A DNA stretch of 64,000 bases from Lama glama. Its lineage: Eukaryota. This document shows positions 39,230 to 50,200 of the stretch, piece by piece. The notes beneath the pieces are model-generated. The model was not told the DNA's origin and did not search any database. It saw only the letters and a program-made list of their open reading frames with translations. A program made the translations under genes and the position numbers. The stretch spans positions 49,168,001 through 49,232,000 of the forward strand of contig CM052818.1 in NCBI GenBank assembly GCA_028534125.1, written 5' to 3'. Every line of letters begins with the position of its first letter. The first letter of the stretch is position 1.

Positions 39230-40200
39230 TTTAAAATTGGTCCATTAGGTCATAATAATGAAGTATCACTTAGGTACCGAGATCAGAAACCGACCATATG
39301 CTGTGACCTCAGTTTAAAATTAGTAAGTGGAAGGCGTGACAGCTTCAGACATAAAAATAGCATTAAGGTTGTGCATCCCTAGTCTCTGCTCTGATTATAC
39401 GTATTTAACTCGTGCCGAAGGAAATCTCAATCACAGAACCACAGCGCGTCAGATTGGCAATCGGCTTTACAACAACGTGCATCTCAGTAACGTGCAGCGA
39501 GGGGTCCGCTGCCTGCAGTCTGCCCGGGAACGTCTCCGCTGTAACCGACTGTCGCCCGCGTTCTCCCCTCGCTGGGAATTCACGGGCGGGCTGTTGCAAG
39601 TCAGCTCATCTGCTCAAAGGCCACCATCCTGTGACTCAGGCCCGCGTTCACCACAGGGATGAGATAAGGCCCGCTCTCTGTGAAAAGGTCGCCTTCAGAA
39701 AGAGCATCGGAGTCAGCATGCTGGCCGGCCTGTGGTGACTTGACCACGTGCTGCACGTCCCTCAGAGCCGCCTGCGGAGCCGCCTGTGCTGTGCACTCCC
39801 GGCTCCTGACAGTGGTGGGTCCAGGGTCCCGGTGACACCGCTGTGATGAGGACTAGCCGCCTCCCGCGGAGACTGCCTGGCCCCGGCCCCGTGCCACCCG
39901 GCAGGCGGCAGGCGTCGCGTTGCCATTTTCATAAAGGAAGAGAAACGTGTTTTCCAGTAGATAATTGTCTGTAGTAGAAGAAGGGTTAATGGAGAGGCTG
40001 TCTTCTGGGTAGAGTTAATGCCAACGCAAAGGAACTATTGAGAAAATCACGTGTTCTGACAGGCGTGGCGACCCGACGTGAAGTGTCAAAAAAAAATGCA
40101 GCGAGGCAGCCTTCCTTCTCCAGAGACAGTCTGAAGCACCAAATAAAACAGCCCTATTTTAATCTGATCTCTTATTAAAATAGCTTTTCCAGTGGGTTGT
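39230..40200. promoter_or_regulatory. Repeat-free, CpG-enriched candidate enhancer
   Basis: CpG-rich core at about 39440-39930; AP-1 TGACTCA at 39633; tandem ACGTGC; MEF2-like AT boxes at about 39352, 40154 and 40174. Confidence 0.45.
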
Positions 40201-42186
40201 GCCTTTGGATTTTAGCATCGCGTAAGAAATTTGCAGAGATTCAAGCAGCATGTCAGAGACAGAGTCAGGTCCGGAGCTGCTTCGACCACAGCCCTTAAAC
40301 AGTGGAGGTCGTTAATTCTTGTAACTGACAATGGAATGAAAGTTCCTTTTCTGTCTTAGTGTATAGTTTGGCCTTGTGATTGGTTTGATATAGAGATACT
40401 GATGTGTTGCTCTTTTAAAAAAATGAAATCGCACTTGAAATAGAAAGTGAAAGCACATATCATTGGAGCATCTCTGTAAAGAAACAAAAACAATTCAAAA
40501 AAAAATTCCCAACCTCTCACCCTCTAATGTCAAGTCCTCACTGGTTGCATCTGCTCCCCTGATGACAGGAATGCCCCTTCAGTCTTCATCTGGGCACCTC
40601 AGAATTCCAGACGTGCGTTTGGGACTTTAGTTCCTACTGTGATGAGCGTGCTTTTAATGTAAGCTGAAAGGGTAGCTGATTTCACACCTTCTGTCTACTA
40701 AATTTTGTCCATCCCTTTTTAATTGCAGTTTTCAAGGTTTTATTTAGGGGAAGAGAAATCGTGGAAATTGGGATCAACTGGGGGAAACGGAAACGTCTTC
40801 ACAAACCCGCTCTACGGCCGCTCAGCTGCTGCGAGTGGTTAGGACTCGTGTGCGCTCCCACCCGCCCCCAGGTCACAGGGACCTCGTCCTCACAACACTC
40901 CCGGGCGCCGGTTTGTCTTTCTTTGATGGCGGGGAAGCAGGACTGATTTTAATTCCCCTTTAGAGACTTGATCCCCCATAATAAGTTGTATCCAAACGTT
41001 ATATTTTGTTTGTATGGAAAAGTGCTTTTCTTAGTACATCGTTTTACGAATAACTCCCAAATATTTCAGCCAATTCAGTCGCTGTTCTGATTCACATGTC
41101 AGAGTAAGTTCAAGTTCAAAGCAACTTTTGGCAAAGTTACACAGAAGACGAACTAATTCCTGGTCAAAGATTCTTCAAAACCACTTTTATTAAGAGTCTT
41201 TTTATACCTAGTTACCTTTCACTAATAAGTGTTTATATAAACACACTAATCCTCCTTACTTTCATATTTATTTTTCTATTAGCATTTCACTTACAGATCA
41301 AATATGTTCACTGAGTTCCCCATTTATAGTGTCCGGGAAAGTCTAACGCAGATGAAACTTTCCTTTAAGACTTTCATACCTGGAAGTCTCCACATTTAAA
41401 ATAGCAACAGCCAGCCAATGAACTTGCTCTGTATTATCCTGAAACATTAGATGCTAATCATCGAGTTTATTTTTTTAGAGCAATTGACCGCCCTTTCAAG
41501 CCTTCTTTTCCAGGAAATGCCTGGTGAAAATCTTAGAAATATGCTCATATTTAAGAATAAAAGAGTTCAGAGGTAACATTTTTTGAAGTTAGGAATTTAA
41601 AAGAACTAAATAGAAAATAAAAACTTAATGGGATTTCAAGTTAAGATCTGCAAAGTTACAAAACTTGTAGAATAAAAACGCTAGTTTGCCATTCTTGACG
41701 TGTACAGTACAATGTTTTAAAGCTGAATTTTTGACTGGAATATGCTATTAAGATATTCTTTACTTGTATTATATCCGTTTATGATAATATGCAGGTTTTA
41801 ATTAAGGCCAAGTTGGGGATTTGGCATTTTTCAACTAAACTGAAACCCAGAGAACTTGGTTTCCTCCCATAACATTAGGGGGCGACCTCTCCCGGGGACA
41901 GCCTGCCAAGCAGCGCCAGTGAGACTGGGAGCTCACAAGAGCGGCCTCTGGGATACACTGTCAATAAAACAATCGTCTCATCCTTTTCCCTGACCTCATT
42001 CTGCTTCACAAGTTGAACAGAAATAAGCCTGGTCAGCATGAGACTAGGGGTCCAGGTTGCTTTGGGAGCAGCCTGAGGCGACATATAGGCGCACCTGTCA
42101 GCCAGACACCGTCCCCTCGAAGCAGAGAATGAGGGCAGAGCAAACAGGGTAGCAAAGCCGCCAACCTGACTGGGGGTGTATGAGAT

Positions 42187-42312
42187 ATGTGTGTGTATGT
42201 GTGTGCATGCGTGCGCATGCGTGCATGTGTGTGCGTGCGTGCATATATGAGGTCAGTTTGGATTTCTGTCCACGTGTTGTCATTATCTCTCTCTCTCTCA
42301 CACACACACACA
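42187..42312. repeat. (TG/CG/CA) alternating tract followed by (CT)n(CA)n microsatellite
   Basis: Direct read of the sequence. Confidence 0.9.
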
Positions 42313-43579
42313 TCAGCTCACGATGCGTCGGTTGGAAGCGGGACCTCTGCTACTCTGGCAAATTCCAAAGTGCGGTGCTCTGTCTCCCCTGCTCTGATGC
42401 CTCCCCGCCTGTTAATTTAGGGTAAAGCGCAGTCTCCACGTGTCCTGCGTGGCTCTCGCCCCACGCCCCGCAGCTCTGCAACGACGATCGCCTGGTCGCA
42501 ACACTGGAAGGAGCGGCTGAAGGCAGGTGCCAGGTGTCATCGTATTTTCCTGATGAAGTGAAACAAAAAGCTCTATGTTTCACGCCAGGGCGTGAAGCTC
42601 CCCACGTAGCGTAGTAAGCGCGGGTCCGAGCAGCCGCGGGCTGACATCCATACCAGTCCGTATGACGACTCTTACTTTACAAAGCTGGCATTGTACTCGC
42701 TGCACAGCAGGTGGGGCGAAGAGGACAGGAGAGGCAGGCGGGGGCACGCTGGAGCACTGAGCATTCCCGGTGCACGCTAAGAACGTTTGCAGCCAGCGGC
42801 AACATCTCTTCGTCTTGTGTCCTGACTGCACAATGAATTCCGCGCTTTATTGGAAAACAACTTCACATTGACTTAAACCTCAGTATTCAGCTAATGGTTT
42901 CTGTTTTCACCAGGTACTTAACATAGCGATGCTACTGGCTTTAGAAGGGTTTGCATAAAACAAAAATAGTAGAAGTGTCATATATTTTATGTATGTATAA
43001 TTTTTATGTATTATTATTATTTATTCTGCTTGTGATTATCATCACTTCCAACAACTCTGTGAGGTAGCTCTGAATCGGTTCAACTGCACAGGTGTGAAAG
43101 CTGTCTCGGAAGGTCTGTGTGTCAGAATCCAGGGCGTACCACTCCGGCTCAGATTAGAACACAAGTTTTTCTCACCTCAAGCCTACTGGTACAAACAGAT
43201 GGGCATCGTGGATAATCCTCAATGAAAAGTCTTACATGCTGGGCAGACCAGTGTCTCTCCCAGTCATTGTCAATAGTCCACTGCCACTGGCCACCACATG
43301 GCTTGTCCTGTTTTTGTGCTGATTAATTTGTCTGCTGGGATCCAAGCAGAGGGAATCTCCACCGAGACTCAGTGAGGTGGACCCTGTGTATGGAGAGTCC
43401 CGATGTGGCCACAACCCGCTCTCCAGTCTGCGGCGTGTCATTGAGGCTTAATCTTCTCCTTGTGAAAGGCAGGTCACCAGGGCAGGCTTTTGAGTGCACT
43501 TCTAGAGTTCCAACTATTTAAACTTATGTTTGTCAACAGTCTGAAGAATCGCCTTGAACAAAAGATTTAAGAATTTGAG

Positions 43580-43780
43580 AGACCACAGTCAGAATCTTGA
43601 CTCAGCTTCACATCAGCTATGAGACTTTGGACGAGGTATATGGTCTTTTAAAGTATTGGTTCGTTCACCTAGGACGTTAGTAATAACAACTTTATGGATT
43701 TACTGAAAGGATTAGACACAGTGCAGAGAGTCTGCTGAGCAAAGTGCCTATGGACAGGAGACGGACAGTAATCGTGGTGG
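43580..43780 (+). mobile_element. MIR SINE
   Basis: agaatcttgactcagc...tcagctatgagactttggacgagg...aaggattag...gcaaagtgcct. Confidence 0.55.
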
Positions 43781-44299
43781 GTGCTGTTAACTGCTTATTT
43801 GATTTAGTTGTTGATCTCAAGAGCTGAGCGCCACCCCTGCAGGTGCCCCCAGATCTCCCGTTCTAACTCATTCTCATCTTCGAAGGAACTTAGAATTTAC
43901 TGACACGCAGCTGTCTTTCTGTTTTATCCTTTTCAATAATTTAACAATCATAGTCAGGACTGGCCTTTGATGTTGTCAAAAATCAAACTGTCTGATAATA
44001 ATTTTGCAGTATCTTTCTAAGAAAAAAGCTGTTTTAACTGAAACAGTCTCATTTTAAAGTGCAAGTTCCCAGAGAGGGTCCCCCTTGAATTTCCAGTTTA
44101 GCAGAGTCGATTGATGGGAACTGGGCAGCGCATGTGGTGTGAGGGAACGAAGGTTTCCAGGAAAGGAAGGCGGGAGCACCCCAGAGGGAGGAGGAGGGAG
44201 AAGCGTGGACTCGCGGAGCTGCTCCCGTCTGCCTGCAGTTCTCCTTCCGCCCGCTCCTCCCAGCTCTGCGGACCCACGTCAGGACCAGGCACACGAGGC

Positions 44300-44500
44300 C
44301 TCAGCTTGGAGATCTGGCTCCAGGGCTCAAGTTGTGATTTTCCCAGGGACCTATTCCCTGACTTTGGACATCACCTTGAACTTCTAGGACACAGTTTCTT
44401 TCGGTAAAATCGGTGTCATCTCTGACCCACTTAGCTAAAGTTTCGTACGTGGCTCAAACGAGATGAGATGGTTTTGCAAACAGAGCCCCTCATGCAATAG
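44300..44500 (+). mobile_element. MIR SINE
   Basis: ctgactttggacatcaccttgaacttctaggacacagtttctttcggtaaaat...ggctcaaacgagat. Confidence 0.6.
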
Positions 44501-44614
44501 GGAGTTAGCACTTCCAGTATCAACACGTATGTTCGGTGCTTTCCGCCGGCTTCTTCTGTTACCCAGTTTCTTCCAAGAGCACCACTTCTTTTTTGATCCC
44601 TAAGATTAGATTAG

Positions 44615-44870
44615 ATTATTGTTAGAATTGGGTGCATTGCTTGTGCAAAATGAATAGGGTTGTATGGAAATGCAAATTAATGTAAATATCATGCAAATGA
44701 AAATTCAATGCATCATGCTGAGCTCGGTACAGAACACAGAAAAACTGGCCCGGCTCCACTTACAGAGCAGACATAAGCATGAACATGCAAATTTTATGGC
44801 ATCATTAATCATATGTAATATTATAACAGTGGTAAGCTGAATTTCCAGTAAATAAAGAGTGAATTATGAG
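44615..44870. promoter_or_regulatory. POU-octamer cluster, candidate enhancer
   Basis: Perfect ATGCAAAT at 44670, 44691 and 44785; variants ATGGAAAT at 44664 and ATGTAAAT at 44680; SOX-like ATTGTT at 44618. Confidence 0.55.
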
Positions 44871-45569
44871 GCAGACACACTTTGAATTTGATAAGCCGTC
44901 CTCGGCTTCACGATGCATGTGATTACCCTGGCGGTCGCTCGGGACTTGGGTGTGACTGCCTTGTTCCCTCTTAGGTGGCCTTGGAATTGGGGGCAGAATG
45001 AGTTGCAGAAATAAAGACTGGAAGGGTTTCCATGGGAAGTCTTTAAGGTGCTGTCTCCAGACTGTTTTTATTTTTATTTACATTTGGTGTAATCATGGTC
45101 TGGTACAATGTCTGTATCATAATGGGTCTTGCATTAGCACTTGCTGGCATTCAGTATTCTGTAATAAACCATCCTGGACATGTTTATTTACTCAGTACAG
45201 AGTTAATGGTTACTTAATATGCACAAAATGAGATGCAAAATACAAAGGGAAGGTCTTGGCTCCCACGAAGCTCTTGGATAGCTGGGGAGATAGGCAAGAG
45301 CAAAATTCATTAGAATTCCTGGTGGAAGCCTGGAACAGGTTGGTGACAGCTTTGGGGAGGTGATGTGTGTTGGGCTGGGGTATCGGCAGATAAATAAAAT
45401 TTTTAACCTTGATATATGTTTAGGATTTTGTTAGAACCTCTTTTCGTAAAGAATTGATGTTCAGACTAAGTTGATGTCAAGGGGCCCTTATGAAATTTCT
45501 GCAGCCTTGGCTTTCTCTTTAAAAAGAGGTTTTATTACCCAATATACTCTTACTCTACGTGGTCTCTAG

Positions 45570-45734
45570 ATGTTCCATTTATTAGACAAATAATTTTTAA
45601 CACCTATTATGTGACAGGCACTAGGTGCCAGGTGTTGAGAATATAAAAGTTAACAAAGCAGGGTCATTCCTGGCCTTTGTGGAGCATTGAGATTAGTGGG
45701 GGAGGCAGGTGTTCAGCAATTACATATATATACA

Positions 45735-45766
<32 letters not shown>

Positions 45767-46600
45767 TATATGTATATGTATGTATATATAATGTGTGTGT
45801 GTGTGTGTATATATGTATATATAATGACAGTGGTGTGAATGCTATGAAGGAGAAATGCAAAGGCCTGTTACATTTCTTGAAGTGGAATGTTTTTATGTGA
45901 CTGATGTAACAACTGGGAAGTCACCAAATGAAGCAGAAAGAGGGATGGTTTAGGATCACCTTGAGGGCCTGGATGTCCAGAGGTGCTGACAGGCGCCCAG
46001 TCACAGAGGTGGTCTTGTAGGCCTGGATACTCTGCACACTGAGGGTTTTGAAGCGTTTAAGATAAGCATACATGCTGATTAATTTTACCTTTTTTTCCTA
46101 TTCTTTTTTGAGAATCCCTCCGGCTTCCGTGAGAAGGAAGTATTGGGAAGAGGCAAGAGTGTTTATAAAGAGAAAGACTGGAATATTTTACAACTTGCTC
46201 AGAAGGGAAGCGATGGTGATTTACACGAGATTAGCAGCAACGGAGGTGGAGATAAGTGGACATGTGTGAACAAAACTTCAGTAGAATTGACTGAACTTGG
46301 AGGCTGCCCAGGTGTGTTAACAGAGAGGGAAGGATGAAGGATGACTTCCAGGACTTTGTTATAAGCAGTTAGGTGCATCAGAACACCCAGCGTAGAGAGG
46401 AGGAATACTAGAAGCCGAACATTTTTTTTTTTGAAGTGTTGACATTAAGCTGTGATTTATCCAAGTGGAGACATTATGGATCACCAGATATAAATGTTTG
46501 GAACTCAGAACAAAATTCTAGAAATAACATATAAATGTGCTAGTCATGGGCGTTTTGGTGATGCTCACTCATTTGCGGGAGGCTCTGGGAGAGAAGGGCT
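45570..46600 (-). mobile_element. L2 LINE containing a compound microsatellite
   Basis: tttttaacacctattatgtgacaggcactagg...cctggcctttgtggagc...gaaggatgacttccagg; TA/CA/TG tract at 45721-45822. Confidence 0.75.
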
Positions 46601-46858
46601 ACACTGTGCATGAGGGCATAGTGGGGGGTGGGCGGTGGGCGTAGAGCAAGAGACCCCCACAAAATTAGGAGTAAAAGGAATACCGTAAGGGGGGGCATAA
46701 ACCAAGAGGAGCCCTGAAACTGGGAAGGACAGGAAGCACACAGGGATGGTCACCGAAGAAGGGAGGGAGCGGGCCAGAGTGCAGAGTGAGCTGCGACTAG
46801 CTGTTCACTGAGCTGCCTTCCAGCTCCGTCTTCTCTGCTTGTCCCTCTCCCGCCCCAG

Positions 46859-47214
46859 GTGGAGCAGAAGAAAGTGCGGGAAACCCAGTCAAGCCGGAGC
46901 GAGCGCCCCTCGGCGCTCCGCTAGACGGACGTTGAGGCCGTCGCCCTGACCGCGCGGAGCCCCGGGGTCAGCACGGCGCGGTGAGGAGGCCCGCGCCTTT
47001 CCACAGAGCGCTGAGTTCACAGACCGTGACAATGTGTGCAAAGTTTGTGGCAAAGAAATGGAAGTTACTCTGTGTTAACCTCACTGTCTCCTTCACCCCG
47101 ATGTCTCTCCCAACAAGTACGTACAGCTGTAGGCTTTCATTTCCGCTTTACTCCATCTCAGGAAAGTGTTCAGAGCATCTTGGAACACACAGGTTGTAAC
47201 AGCTCCTCTGAATG
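46859..47214 (+). ncRNA. Candidate two-exon segment of a spliced non-coding transcript (46859-46980 and 47162-47214)
   Basis: Both units have a long polypyrimidine tract plus CAG, and donors GTGAGG and GTGAGT; the first unit has stops in all three frames. Confidence 0.3.
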
Positions 47215-50200
47215 GTGAGTCCACGGGCCCACATTCAGGCGCAGAGTCACGAAGCCCCGGATTCCAGAATGGAGACGCTTTGCCCGCCTGGGAGCAAGGG
47301 CGCTCACCCTAGTGCTACAGAACTTTAAACTAGAAACCAGAGAATGGACAAAGCAGAGAATATAGCCAACGTGTTTGTAAATATTTGTTTAATGACTGGA
47401 TCAAAGAAGAAATCAAAAGAAGAGAATGGTTAGAAAATGATAAACATTGAATGAAAAAGTGAACTGAGTGTAAGGCTTAAAATACTTTGTATATAAAACC
47501 AAATAGATACTGAAAATCAGACTAAGCAGCCAGCCCGAAAGTGAGACAAAACAAAAGCCAAAACGAGCAGGAGTGGCTAAGCTCGCCCTGGGAGCTGGTG
47601 ACTCCGTGTCTCCGGTTCTCCCCCAGGCCCCCAGGATGCCTTGTGGCACTCAGAAGTCGGGTGTGGCCGTTGTCTTTCTGTGGCCGAACGATGTGCGTTT
47701 TGCACGATCAAGGCTCTAAAGGCAGGACACCGCCCGGCACTCTGCCTCTTCCTCGTGCGGGGGAGACCGCGGGGGGCCAAGCTGCCTCCTAGAGTCGGGA
47801 CGACTCGGAGAAGGGCTCCTCCGCCCTGCCGTGGGCGGGAAGCGTGAGCCAGACGCCGCTCGGATGCCTTAAGCCCCTGAGATTCTGTGTTGCTTATTAC
47901 CTCAGAGTCCCTGTCCCGATGGACACGCCGTCCAGATGCACCCAAATACTGCACAGCCCTAAACATAACGGCAGGAGTTAACAAAGCAGAAGAAGGTGGG
48001 CAAACTAAAGACCTCTGATAAGTTTCTGACTTACTAACTTTTTTTAAAAGTTGAGAAAGAGTACACAAATAAGAAATGTTAGCAACAAGTGAGGGGTAAA
48101 CTCCAATTCTACAGGAAAAACATTTTTAAGAAAGTTTTATGAATGTTTTATATTACATAAAATTCTATGTTGACAAGATTGAAAATACCCTGAAAGTGTT
48201 TTTAGGACGACATAAATAATGAAAAACAATTCTATAAAAATTAGTTGGTCCATATGTTTTAAGAACTCTATACAGTTTTCAAGGAATGCATCCTTTCTAA
48301 AACATTTCATGTTTCACAGCAGAGAAAAAGAGCAATATTTTAAAAAGACCAATATAACCCAGGCATTTATACCTGCATGAATGCAAACACACACACACAT
48401 TGCTTCAAGGCCACAGGAATGCTCCAGTACTTGCAGAAATACTAATGCATCTCTCCTAACTGATGTGTATGATCCACCTAAGTAATAGATTAGAAGAGAA
48501 GATGCATTCACTCTTTTTGAGGGGAAATAAAATTAATTTTTAAATGGAAAATATTTTACTGACTAAAGGTGATGTCAGTAGTTTTGATACAGAAGAGAAA
48601 TACCTTACTCTAAGTGGAATCTATCTCAAACGGGAGTATCCTAGTTAATGCAAAACACAGGGGAATTCATATCAAAATGGGGCACAAAGCAATCATCGCC
48701 ATTAACACATTACAGTTCAGCGTTGCTCTTGGACTTCCGGCCAATGCATTAGGGCAAGAAGTACAAATACGCAGCGTAAACAAGGCAAGAAGACCGTTAC
48801 ACTCAGAAGATGTGAGAGTCTAAACAGGAAGTTCAGTAGCATCAAATGAGGAATTGTTCAGGTTTTTAAAGATCAATAAAATGGAAACAGTGACACCCAC
48901 ATTTTATCTTTTAAAGTTTAGACATATTACAGGTATAGCTTCCAGTGCAGGAAATCACACTGTGTTTGCTTCCCCTGAACGTAAGCTGATAACAGCAACC
49001 CAGAAGGACATGTTTCTTAATTTCATTCTCTGATAAAAATAATAAAAATATCATTTAAGGAAAATATTAGAATTTTGCTGATTTCTGCTGTTACCAAGAG
49101 TGAGCTCTTAATAAGAGCTCAGTCCTAGCTCTAAAACCCTGGCCGCCACGATTTATCCCCAGATGTATTTCTTCTGCTCAAGACTTAAAGATTTGTCTGA
49201 AAATTGCAGTCTCTGATTAAAGTATTTTGTAAGAGTTAGTGACACCCTCTCCACACACGTGAACTAAAGTTGTTTTCAAACCCACAGGAGATGAAAGCTG
49301 AGTCCTTTGCTGTTTTAGAGCATGTCCCTACCAGCCTGTCTGACACCCAGCATTTTTCCGCTCTCGTAATTGAGCAGTAACCCGCTCACCTCCACCACCA
49401 CCGCTTCCCAACTTCAAGGACTGTTGCTTTTGTCTAAGGTGGAGCCATAAACCTGGACGGCCCAGCAAGACTGAGCATCACACACTGTATTTCTGTTGCC
49501 AGATCTGAGTCTGAGTGCAGAGTCGATAGATACTTCTGACTGTATGAAACCCTTTATCACATTTATTTCTGCTAAGCTGTTGGGTGTTGTCACCGACACT
49601 ACAAATATTCCTTCAAAGTGCTGATTAGAAAAACTCTTCAAGAGATCAGGTTCAAAAAGAACTGCACTTCTGAGTGGCTTGTTTGCTCCGATCGTTCGGA
49701 GAGTTAATTAGTGTAATTGTCACGTTTTATCTTTGCTGTGGCTGCTGGGGAACTTGTACTCAATCTGGTACAAAATGCTGTGCTCCGTGTTTCTCTGCAG
49801 GACTTACCCTGGCTGCTCAGGTTACTCATACCTAATTCCACCTTCATTTCGTTATTGTTTTTATTCAACTTCTGCACAGGTATGCTGCCTAACTGACTTT
49901 TACAATCAACTAAGCAATGTGCGTGTACAAACTCTGCTCAGCTTTCCCAAGTTTGCGTGGCACATTATTCCTTTCTCCCCACTCTCTCCCCTCCTCATTC
50001 TCAAGAATTCATATCTGTCATTGGCCTGTCTCTATCATTCCCCAAGTCAGAACAGTTTTGATCAAAGGAACAAGCCTTATCGAAGCTGTAAAACGGTTTC
50101 CCTCCATGAAGATGGTGCTTACTTTTCCTGTTGTGGGTTTGGGGCCGTTTTACCCATATACAGTCACAAGAAGAAGAAAATGGAAGAGGATACTTTTATA

